Of a stretch of DNA of 64,000 bases, positions 52,585-64,000 are shown one piece after another. The translations under genes were made by a program, and so were the position numbers. The notes below the pieces were generated by a model. The model was not told the DNA's origin, ran no database searches, and saw only the letters and a program-made list of their open reading frames with translations. The stretch comes from Octopus vulgaris. Its lineage: Eukaryota. The stretch covers positions 22,258,001 through 22,322,000 of the forward strand of contig OX597819.1 in assembly GCA_951406725.2 (NCBI GenBank). Reading direction: 5' to 3'. Each line of letters opens with the position of its first letter. Position 1 is the stretch's first letter.

Positions 52585-53114
52585 CTTCTCTATTCACAAA
52601 CAATACAGAACAGCCCTTCCTTAATTTTTCTTAAGGCTAATAGTAGTAAACATCTGAACTTTTTTTTGACCCCACCAAAAAAAAAAAAAAAAAAAAAAAA
52701 AAAGATAGTAATAGTGCTGATATTCTATTTATCTATCTACACACACACACACACACACACAGACCTCACCTCGGCTCTATTGTTAACCAAATATGAAAGT
52801 ATTATTTGACAGGCAAGAACTCTGGCATTGAAGACAGTCAGCCAGCCAACCACCAAGCCAGCCAACGAGACAGACAGACACTACTGTGATGGTGATAATG
52901 ATAAAAAAAAACATTAATAACAATAATAAGATACTGCTGTGACTACACATAAAACAATATCATTGATGATGATGGTGGTGATGGTGATGATGATGATGAT
53001 AATGATGATGGTAATGGTGGTGATAATGATGATAGTGATGGTAATGGTGAAGATAATAACAATAATAAGCCGACTACGGCTGCTATAATGTAGGTACGAT
53101 TATAATTGTAACGG

Positions 53115-56100
53115 CAATGATGGCCGTCTCCCCACGAAACCCAGTAAAAAAATGATAACATTATCGTAGCACCAAAATGTTTTTGGAAACTAAAAGGAAA
53201 ACTAAATCAGTATACCAAATCGCTTGTCCTATGGTTAATCTGGAAGCGCGTCCCCCAGGGAAGAGCCAGCCTGGGATCGAAAAGTCATCAACTGGCACAA
53301 ACTCTTCTCCGAATACGGACATGGATGGTCACTTGAACGGGGAAATCCCCAACTCGAGCCCTCCAAGTTCACCACCACAACCACCACAGAAAGAAAAATG
53401 TAAGCGGAACAAATGGACCCGAGAAGAGTATAAAGTAATATACGCTTATTACTATGCATTAGGTAGGCCATCTCAAGAGAGACACACCGCAAACTCTTAC
53501 AGTATATGGAGAACACGGAATCAAGACAGTAGGCCCTATTTGGACGAGAACAAATTAGCAAATGTGAGGAGGGATATCTTTAGAAATAACAGACTCACAG
53601 ACAGTGAAATAAGCGCGATCAAGCACGCAACGGAAAATGACATAAATATAAGACACAAAGGAAATGAAGAATCAGATGAACAGTATAGCCCGCCACGAGG
53701 CTTAATTGAAAGACTGCCATCTGACCAAAGTACGCAAAGGCCTGAAGATACAAGAAATTCTATTGTACCTGTTAAAGATAGCCAGGAAAACGAAAAAACA
53801 ACAGTAACTGAAGATCTCGCATTTGCTGAAGAACACAGAGAGTCTATGGCAGAAATGAGGCAGAAAATCCTGAATACGCTTGAAGTTGTAAGACATACAA
53901 GTATGAATGATAGAGAACCGCTTCATAAACTCTCAAATACAAACCAAAATAAAAAACAAATCCAAATTGGCAACTATGTAACAAATGAAATAATACGAGA
54001 ATTAAAACCTGATTTTACTGAGTTAAATGAAATTATTTACGCTTCTGCTAGGGCAATTGAAACCAGCTGTATGCCCCGAAAAAACAAAGAAAACCAAACC
54101 TGGGAAGAAATCAAACCTGGAGAAGTAAAATTGAAAAAGAGATTGAATTTATGAGAGGGAAATATCAATATTAAATGAACTAATATGTGGAAATGATGTA
54201 AGATCCAGAACAGGAAGAAAGATGAAGAGAAAAATTTGGATCCTCACCAAGAGAAGAACTGATATCAATAAAAGAAACGCTGAAACAAAAAGTCCAAGCA
54301 AAAGCCCAAAGAATACGAAGATTTGAGAAGAGAAACAAGTTTTACAAGCAAAATAAGCTGTCCACATCCAATGCCAAAAAATTCTACAGAGAAATAGGGA
54401 AGGAGAAAGTAACCGTTAAAGACCCCCCTCCCATGGAAGAAGTTCAAAACTTTTGGGAAAGGATTTAGAGTGACAAGAAGACGTACAACATAAATGCAGA
54501 CTGGATTATACAAACTGAAGGATCCTACCAAAATTTACAACAACAAGCATGGGGAGACATCACAATAGCAGACCAAAGAAAGGCACTCACGAAGGCCCAT
54601 AATTGGAAATCCCCAGGTAAAGATAGGGTGCCGAATTTCTGGCTCGCATCGCTCCCGTGCGCACACGGTAAGCTAGTTCAGCTGCTCAATGGAATTTGGA
54701 GAGACCCAAAGAAAACACCTGAATGGTTAGCAAGTGGCATTACTTACCTAATCCCAAAGAATAACGAAACCAACCTTCTAAAAAACTATCGGCCTATAAC
54801 CTGTCTATCCACCACGTATAAAATCCTAACATCTATCCTGGCGGAAAAAAAAATATGCATTCATGGAGAAAAACGATATTTTCCCCACTGAACAAAAAGG
54901 GTGCCGCCGAGGCTCTTACGGATGCAAAGATCAACTGCTAATCAATCGTATGATCCTTGAGAACTGTCACAACAAGCGCAGAAATCTCAGCACTGCATGG
55001 ATTGACTATAAAAAGGCCTTCGACAGTATACCGCATCCATGGATCTTGAGATCGATGGACATCTTCAAAATTTCCCCTGTGATTTCAAACTTCCTGAAGC
55101 ACAATATGTCGTTGTGGAATACGAATCTCCAATTATACCACTCTAATGGAGTACTTGCCTCAGAAAATATAAACATCAACTGTGGAATTTTTCAAGGTGA
55201 CTCACTTTCACCTTTAATATTCTGCATAGCCCTAATACCCCTTACAAGTGAATTAAACAGAACAGGGTATGGGTATAAAATTGCCAATAACAAAATAAGC
55301 CATCTATTTTATATGGATGACTTAAAACTTTATGGTAAAGACAATAATGAACTTGAAGGCCTATTGCGCACCGTGAAAGCATTCAGCGATGACATCGGGA
55401 TGGAGTTTGGACTTGAGAAGTGTGCCAAGGCCACTTTCCAGAAAGGGAAAGTGAAGACCACAAATTCAGTCGTGTTAGATGTTGACACAGTAATAAGAGA
55501 GCTTGAGCAAGAACAGACATACAAATATTTAGGGATAAATGAAGGCTCTGGTATTCAGCATGCAAGCATGAAAGAGAAAATCAGGAAGGAATGTTATAGG
55601 AGAGTGCGTGCAGTCCTGAAATCTGAACTAAATGCACGTAACAAGGTGTTAGCTATAAATTCCTTAGCAGTTCCAGTTGTTACTTATAGCTACAATGTGT
55701 TGAACTGGAATATGAGTGAAGTAAAGAATATAGATAGAAAAATACGCAAGCTGCTGAGTTGTAATAGGATGCACCACCCAAAGGCAGACGTAGATCGCCT
55801 TTTACGCTTCCCAGAGCCCAAGAGAGGTCGAGGCCTGATCCAATTTGAACTAGCTTACAAAACAACCACAATTAGACTGGCTAAATATCTCGAAATATCG
55901 AATGACTGGATGCTAAAGCTCGTGGAAAATCACGAGAGACGAGAAAAGCTTCATTCTATCATCAAAGGAAAGCAAGACATTTGCTATTGATCTCTGGATA
56001 CGGGATACCCAAACTGAACAACCCGAGGGAAGTATGGCAACTATTGTTGCAAAGAAGGTGAAAATGATGGCAATGAAAAAAGCGCACGAGCAATTGGCTG

Positions 56101-57035
56101 ATAGGTGGGAGGAGAAACCTCTGCACATCAAATATGTGACCCGCAGCAAACAAGCTGATGTTGACCAGAAACAAACCCATCAGTGGCTGCGGAGCTCAGG
56201 GCTAAAAGCAGAGAGCGAAGGTTTCATCCTGGCTGCTCAAGACCAAAGCCTATTAACCCGGAACTACCAGGCCAATGTGATGAAAAATGGAGCAGACCCA
56301 AAATGCCGATTCTGCAACGACATGATTGAAACAGTGGACCACCTAATCTCTGGATGTAAAGTCTTAGCACCAGTGGAGTATAAATTAAGACATGACAGAG
56401 TTGGCCAATATCTCCACTGGCTAATAAGTCGGCATTACAATATCAAAACTGCCGACAAGTGGTATAATCACCACCCTGAGGCTGTAACTGAAGGAGAAAA
56501 TGTAACCATTCTGTGGGACTTTCCAGTACATACAGACCGAACCATCAAGGCCAATAAACCAGATATTGTTGTGAAAGACCAAAACAATAAAGTTGGCTTA
56601 TTGATCGACATGAGCATCCCCTGTGATCATAATATCTCAGCGAAAGAGTTTGACAAGCTCAGAAAATATAAAGACCTACTCATTGAAATTACCAGAAAAT
56701 GTGGCGTCTCAAGGCGGTTACAATACCAGTGATCGTAGGAGCACTAGGAATGATCAAGAAGGGAACCGAAAATTATATGAGAATGATCCCTGGCTTACCA
56801 TCCCTGCAAGAAGTGCAAAAGATTGTCTTAACTGGTACATCACACGTATTGAGAAGAGCATTGTCGATGTGAGAACTGTTGCTGCTCATGTATTTTAATC
56901 TAACTTTAAAAAAATGAACGAACTTCTGAGTTTGGTTTAGTGGCCTACCAATATACACTATGAGTTTCTTTGCCCTAGGAGTCGGGAAGACGCTCGGCAA
57001 GAAATGGAAGAAAATTTGAAAGAAGAAAAAAAAAA

Positions 57036-57036
<1 letters not shown>
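53115..57036 (+). mobile_element. Near full-length R4/Dong-clade RLE retrotransposon, family B (frameshifted)
   Basis: N-terminal KWTREEYK..LDENKLANVRRDI; RT NYRPITCL, EQKGC, AWIDYKKAFDS, GIFQGDSLSP, HLFYMDDLK, YKYLG; CCHC knuckle CRFC..ETVDHLISGC; RLE RHD..NKPDIVV..LIDMSIP..K..KY; (TAA)n at the 3' end. Confidence 0.95.
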
Positions 57037-57075
<39 letters not shown>

Positions 57076-57096
57076 TAATAACAATAATAATAATAA

Positions 57097-58806
57097 CAAC
57101 TCAAGGGCTTACTAGCGATAGTCAAACAATTCAGTGACGACATCAGAATGCAATTCGGCCTCGATATAAATGTGCAAAAGCTACTTTTATCAAAGGAAAA
57201 ATGTCAGAAACATCTAACGTTAACCTTGACCAGCAGAATGTCATAATAGAGTTAGACCCAGCGGAGAGCTACAAGTGCCTAGGGGTAATTGAAGGGAACG
57301 GAATAAGGCATTCAGAGATGAAGGAAAGGATAAGGAGAGAGAATGCTATCGAAGAGTGAGAGCAATACTCAAGACAGAGCTGAATGCAAGAAACAGGATC
57401 GAAGCGATCAATGCATTAGCCATACCAGTCGTGACTTAGTTTCAATATCGTTAACTGGTCAATTACTGAAATATGTCAGCTCGACAGAAAAATAAGAAAA
57501 CTGTTGACAATGCATAGAATGCACCACCTTAAGGCAGATACAGAACGACTTTATCTGCCAAGAAAAGAGGGAGGCCGTGGTCTTTTGCAACTGGCAAGAT
57601 TGCTACAATTGGCCTAGACACCTACCTGAAACTCTCTGAGGACTGGATGTTAAAACTTGTCTCAAAACATGAAAACAAGAAAGCATCATACTCAGTAACA
57701 AAACAGGCAAAGGAATATCTAAGTGAATCCCGAATACAACCAATTTCGGAATTAGAGATAGATATACAAGAAACAAGCACAGAAAAAGCTAGGCGCATGA
57801 AAACCCGTGCCAAAACTGCGGCCTTAGATATTCTGAATAATAAATGGCAAGAAAAACTTCTCTAATGTAAATACCCAAAGAGAGCGAATAATGCTGATAT
57901 TGACAAAGCCCTGACCCATCAATGGCTAATGACCTCTGGCTTAAAATCTGAAACAGAAGGGTTTATCATAGCAGCTCAAGATCAATGCCTACCAACAAGA
58001 AACTACCAGGCCAACATATTAAAGAACGTCAGTAGCCCAACATGTCGTGTATGCCGACAACAAAATGAAACCATTGATCATGTTGTCTCCAAATGCAGTC
58101 TTCTAGCGCCTACAGAGTACCTCAACAGGCATGATAGAGCTGCACAATTCTCCACTGGCTAATAAGTCGGCATTACAATATCAAAACTGCCGACAAGTGG
58201 TATAATCACCACCTCTGAGGTTGTAATTGAAGGAGAAAATGTAACCATCCTGTGGGACTTTCACAGTACATACAGACCGAACCATCAAGGCCAATAAACC
58301 AGATATTGTTGTGAAAGACTTCAAAACAATAAAGAACATGCGTATTGATCGACATGAGCATCCCAATGTGATCATAAACTATCTCAGTCGAAAGAGTTTG
58401 ACCAAAAGCTCAGAAAATATAAAGATCTTGAAATTGAAATTGAGCAAAAATGTGGCATCTCAAGGCGGTTACAATACCAGTGATCGTAGGAGCACTAGGA
58501 ATGATCAAGAAGGGAACCGAAAATTATATGAGAATGATCCCTGGCTTACCATCCCTGCAAGAAGTGCAAAAGATTGTCTTAACTGGTACATCACACGTAT
58601 TGAGAAAGCATTGTCGATGTGAGAACTGTTGCTGCTCATGTATTTTAATTAACTTCACTTAAAAAAAAAAATAAACCCCCAAATAATGGCAACTAATGAA
58701 CGAACTAAGGTTTGAATGGCCTACCAATGTATGAGTTTCTTTGCCCTAGAGTCGGGAATACACTCGGCAAGTGAATGGGAGCAAATTTGAATAGAAGAAA
58801 AAAAAA

Positions 58807-58807
<1 letters not shown>
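57097..58807 (+). mobile_element. Chimeric R4/Dong copy: family A (57097-~58148) fused to a family B 3' end (~58149-58807)
   Basis: First part matches 51697-52584 and 61963-62977; from tctccactggctaataagtcggc it matches 56411-57036, with A-like patches at ~58315-58450. Confidence 0.88.
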
Positions 58808-58856
<49 letters not shown>

Positions 58857-58865
58857 CATAATAAG

Positions 58866-61800
58866 ATGGATGTACTAAAGCCGGGCTCTCCATTCAAAAA
58901 CAGATCTAATCCAATAACATCGATGGAATTAGATAAATGAACCTGAGGAAAACTTGAAGGAAGCGACCTTTAAACGAAGACACTAAGGAAAAAAACGAAA
59001 TTTTACTGCCATACAAAGTACAGCTTCTTCTACACACGGTGTCTCAATGAAACATGCGCGAAACACACACGCGATATCAACACCGGGAAGTTTACATAGA
59101 ATAAAATAGAAACGGACCAAAATTTTAAAAAATAGTGAGTTCATAAATTGAGTAATTACGCATACACTCGAATGTCTACACAATCATATACACACTTTGA
59201 TACCCATAGGACTACACATACATCCCAAAGTTGAACACACTAAGTGAAATTTACAGGACACACACACTCAAGCACATGAAAATACTTGTCACAAAGCAAG
59301 CAAAAACAAAATCAAAACCTTCTTTGTTTTTCTTCTTATTTTATTCTCATATTTTAGAACTACCACAGACAGAGTGAACCTTTCATAAGGGTAAAAAGCA
59401 CCACAAAACCAAAAAACTCTGTCCAGAGGTAAATCTACAAACAACAAAATTATAAATATAAAAAATTACAGACGAATACAGATCTGCTAGCCTTAAGAAA
59501 TTACGCTATGGGTGATATTTACATTCAGAGGCGGTGTCGCTGCATAAACTTAACCCTTAACCGACAGATCTTTTTGTTTTCTTCTTATTTTACTATCATT
59601 TTCTCGAACTAACACAGACAGAGTGAACCCTTCATAAGTTTAAAAAACACCACAAAAAAAATATGTCCGAAGGTAAATCTATCAACAAAATAATACAGAC
59701 GAATACAGATCTGCTAGCTTTAAGAAATTACGTTACGAGCGATGTTTACATTCAGAGGCGGCTATCGTCGCAAAAACTTAACCCTAAACTGACAGATCCG
59801 ACTCCTAATCTAAGTGCCGAAGCTCGTCATGCCTCAATGTCAACAAAACAAATTACAAACCGCAATGGCCATCGATCGGTTTACAAAAGACCACAAACCC
59901 GAACATTGAACCAAATTCTGATTGAAAAATCAGCTACTGGATCAAATCTTCCCGACACACAGGAGCTGGACGTACCCCAAAACCGGAATATTCCATCAGA
60001 TGGCCATCCATGCCCGTCACCAAACACTCAAAAGAAAAAGAATGAAAAATGGACTAGGGAAGATAATAAGGAAGTTCTTGCGGCCTTCTACCATGCCATA
60101 TATTTCCCCACAGATAAATCTAACACTATACAAACCTACATAAACTGGAGACAGAAACACCCTGAAGTAAGACCCTACATAGACAGTAACAAACTTGTCA
60201 ACGTCAGAAGAAACATTATAAAAAAATTACTGACTGAAGTAGAGATTGATCAAATCAAACAAGCAGTAACGGATAAAAACAACGAAGCCGCAGTTAAAGA
60301 TAATACAAAGGAAATAATTATAGACCAGCCCAGGGCTGATAAAAACGAAGTAAGGATTGAAACAGCTAGTATAACTGATAGGTAAAGTGAAATACTCACT
60401 GAACCAATCATAAACACTAAGACAAATGAACATCAAATAGAAGAAAGTCACACAAATATTAACCCAACTGAACTACGTGAACTAAAGAATCAAATCCTGA
60501 TTGAATGGCTGAAACTTAAAGAAACCAATATGGATGAACGCGATACACTCCCCAGAATCCGCAACTCTAACCAAAACATGAAAATAATTGGTAAAATCCG
60601 CCTTGCAGTTAAGGATATAATTTCAGCTAATGATGTTACTATCACAGATCTCAACCACTTGTACTATGCATCCGTGAAAATATCAACGATCCTATGAGGT
60701 GAAAAAATTAGAAAACGGCAACATTCCCACAAAAAGCCTTCTTGGCTAGAGCGTATCCAACATCAAATTAAACTACTTAGGTATGACATTGAATGTTTGA
60801 AAACCTTAAGGTTGACAAGACTACCAAACCTACAAAAACCCGAAAATTAAAGACAAAATATATGAAAACTATACTTGATATTGATGCCACGATAGAAACC
60901 ATCAAGCAAAAGGTATCTGCTAAAGCTGCCCACATAGCGAGGTATGAAAAGCGTGTTAGATTCTTCAAGGACTACAACATGTTCAAAAATAACCCCAAAT
61001 ATTTTACAGGAAGATAGGGAAAACACCAGTTACTGTAATGTCTGTACCATCAAAGGAAGAAATGCAGGGATTTTGGAATAAAATTTGGGCAGAAGAAAAA
61101 ACACACAACGAAAAGGTCCCTTGGATTGACAGAATAGCTACGGACTTGTACTCCTTAGAGGAACAAAAGTGGGAGGGTGTCAAGGTAGATGTAAGATCTG
61201 CTCTCAGGAGGTCAAGCAAATGGAAGTCTCCAGAAAAGGATAAAGTTCCTAACTTCTGGTTGAATGCCTTCCCAAAGAGCTATGAATTGCTAACAGAACA
61301 TTACAATGATGTTGTGCAACACCCTAGTAGGATGCCTCCTTGGCTAGTTAATGGGTTAACATTCTTGCTCCCAAAAAGTGAAGAAACAAATGAACCAAAA
61401 ACCTATAGACCCATAACTTGCTTAACAACTATGTATAAAACGCTAACATCTGCCCTGACGGAATATACCTATAGTTTTTTAACAGACAGCAGCATATTCC
61501 CTAATGAACAGAAAGGATGTAAACGTGGATCCTATGGTTGTAAAGATCAACTACTCATCAATAAGATGATCTTAGAAGATTGTCACAAACGACACAAAAA
61601 CTTGTCAATAGCCTGGATAGACTATAAAAAGGCTTTTGATAGCCTACCACATAGCTGGATAAAGAAATGCCTGGAAATGTACAAAATAGCGCCTGCTCTG
61701 TGAAACATTTTGTCCGTAAGTATGAGATCATGGAGAACCACACAATCTTTGAACAGTGACGATGAATCTCTAAATGCTGGTGACGTAAAAATTTCATGTG

Positions 61801-63644
61801 GCATTTTCCAGGGTGACTCACTATCACCACTCCTCTTTTGTTTAGCCTTAATACCTCTCTCAAAACTGCTCAATGACGCGCAGTACGGATATAAAATGTT
61901 TGATAAAATTATAAATCATCTCATTTACATGGATGATTTAAAACTCTTTGCAAAAAATTACCAACAACTCAAGGGCTTACTAGCGATTGTCAAACAATTC
62001 AGTGATGACATCAGAATGCAATTTGGCCTCAATAAGTGTGCAAAAGCTACATTTATCAAAGGAAAAATGACAGAAACATCTAACGTTTACCTCGACCAGC
62101 AGAATGTCATAAAAGAATTAGACCCAGCAGAGAACTACAAGTATCTAGGGGTAATTGAAGGAGAAGGAATAAGGCATTCAGAAATGAAAGACAGAGCTGA
62201 ATGCGAGAAACAGGATCGAAGCGATCAATGCATTAGCCATACCAGTCGTGACTTACAGTTTCAATATCGTTAACTGGTCAATTACTGAAATATGTAATCT
62301 TGACAGAAAAATACGAAAACTGTTGACAATGCATAGAATGCACCACCCTAACGCAGATACAGAACGACTTTATCTGCCAAGAAAAGAGGGAGGCCGTGGA
62401 CTTTTACAACTGGCAATAACAATGAAGGTTGCTACAATTGGCCTAGACACCTTCCTGAAAAACTCTGAGGACTGGATGTTAAAACTTGTCTCAAAACATG
62501 AAAACAAGAAAGCATCATACTCAGTAACAAAACAGGCAAAGGAATACCTAAGTGAATTCCGAATACAACAAATTTCGGAATTAGAGATAGACATACAAGA
62601 AACAGGCACAGAAAAATCTAAGTGCATGAAAACCCGTGCTAAATCTGCGGCCTTAGATATTCTGAATAATAAATGGCAAGAAAAACCTCTCTATGGCAAA
62701 TACCCAAAGAGAGCAAATAATGCAGATGTTGACAAAGCCCTGACCCATCAATGGCTAATGGCCTCTGGCTTAAAATCTGAAACAGAGGGGTTTATCATAG
62801 CAGCTCAAGATCAATGCCTACCAACAAGAAACTACCAGGCCAACATATTAAAGATCAGAAGCTGTCCAACGTGTCGTGTATGCCAGCAACAAAATGAAAC
62901 CATTGATCGTGTGGTCTCCAAGTGCAGTCTTCTAGCGCCTACAGAGTATCTTAACAAGCACGATAGAGCTGCACAATATATTCACTGGGTAATCTGCAAA
63001 AACCTGGATTTGCCCCACGAAAAAAACTGGTGGGAACACAAACCACCCCCAGTGCTTGAAAATGACCACATCTCACCTCTGGAACTTCACCTCTCAAACT
63101 GACAGAAAGATAGATGCAAATAGGCCAGACATCATATTGAAAGACTTCAAACAAAGAACATGCCTCCTCATTGATATGACTGTCCCAATCGATATAAACG
63201 TATCTGTCAAGACCTACCAAAAACTGAGCAAATATAAAGATCTTGAAATAGAAATCAGCAAAATATGGAACCTGAAGACTAAAACAATACCTGTTGTCAT
63301 AGGTGCCCTGGGAATGATAGCAAAAGGGGCTGATAGCTACCTAACTCAGATACCAGGAAACCCAAAAATGGCAAAAATTCAAAAGATAGTGCTCATGGGA
63401 ACTGCTCATATTCTACGCAAAATACTTTCTATGTAATCTCAATGTTTAAAACAAACATAATTTTCGGGTTTAAAAAAACTTTTTTTTTAGACATTCATTA
63501 GTACAACCACCCACCCCCCCGCCACCCAAAATATATGGCACACTAGGCATAACAACAACATGAACTTCCAACCTATTGTCTCTTGAGGTCTTTGGGTGAG
63601 ACTTGGAGCCAACTTGTACAAATATAAAGCAAAAGTCAAACATA

Positions 63645-63645
<1 letters not shown>
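58866..63645 (+). mobile_element. Near full-length R4/Dong-clade RLE retrotransposon, family A (stops and frameshifts)
   Basis: KWTREDNK..YIDSNKLVNVRR; YRPITCL, EQKGC, AWIDYKKAFDS, GIFQGDSLSP, YMDDLK; CRVC..ETID; NRPDIIL..LIDMTVP..KLSKY..PVVIGALG..IQKIVLMGTAHILRK; (TAA)n on both sides. Confidence 0.95.
59322..59799 (+). repeat. Diverged ~240 bp tandem duplication in the 5' region of family A
   Basis: Units ~59322-59570 and ~59571-59799 both run tttgtttttcttcttatttta..cacagacagagtgaacc..tacagacgaatacagatctgctagc..tttacattcagaggcgg..aacttaaccct..gacagatc. Confidence 0.9.

Positions 63646-63720
<75 letters not shown>
63646..63720. repeat. (TAA)n microsatellite
   Basis: Directly visible. Confidence 0.97.
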
Positions 63721-63877
63721 CTGATGCATTACGGGGTAATAGCTTTCATAGCTTTCATGGCTTTCATCTTCACTGATTGGAAGTGTTATCCTTTTCATTA
63801 TTTTGTCTTGTTATAAAAGATGAGCTACAGCAAATACTCTGCTCAGTACCACAAATTTGCTTGTCATTTGCAAACTG

Positions 63878-64000
63878 AGTATGACTGTCCCAATCGACAT
63901 AAATATATCTGTCAAAACCTGCGAAAAACTGAGCAAGTATAAAGATCTTAAAATAGAAATTGGCAAAATGTGGAACCTCAGGACTAAAACAATAGCTGTT
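63878..64000 (+). mobile_element. Further family A RLE fragment, runs off the window end
   Basis: MTVPIDINISVKTCEKLSKYKDLKIEIGKMWNLRTKTIAV, matching 63176-63295. Confidence 0.85.

Noticed and set aside
58866-58960. HDV-like ribozyme at the 5' ends of R4/Dong elements (also ~27215 and ~53115; all begin near GATGG)
   Set aside because: Only simple hairpins (GATGGA/TCCATT, GGATGGA/TCCATCC) could be drawn; the nested P1/P2/P3/P1.1 double pseudoknot could not be assembled by eye. An Infernal search would decide.

Overview
AT-rich, microsatellite- and transposon-saturated eukaryotic DNA. The repeat repertoire (tRNA-derived SINEs with internal (AC)n(AT)n, RTE LINEs with (GAT)n tails, R4/Dong LINEs, Penelope) looks like an octopod cephalopod genome; this is an inference from recognised repeat style, not a database result. 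No intact host gene, rRNA, true tRNA or CRISPR array is visible. The only host-gene signal is two spliced exons of a 26S proteasome ATPase PSMC3/Rpt5 copy (6574-8842), truncated at an RTE fragment. Mobile content: a Gypsy protease relic, several RTE and CR1/Jockey-group LINE fragments, two copies of a Tc1 family with apparent DD36E spacing, mariner relics, a pogo/Tc2-like end, a Helitron-type dimer inside a long foldback inverted repeat, a near-complete Penelope (RT + GIY-YIG), three SINE families, and two head-to-tail clusters of R4/Dong RLE retrotransposons nested in (TAA)n (27.2-29.6 kb, 51.5-64 kb). The most interesting non-obvious signal is four different minimal type I hammerhead-ribozyme-like motifs (40.7, 44.3, 47.5, 48.4 kb) in short cassettes beside (TA)n tracts, one inside a ~400 bp palindrome. 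Most of the supplied short ORFs are microsatellite or antisense artefacts. Boundaries of degenerate repeats are approximate and all alignments were done by eye.
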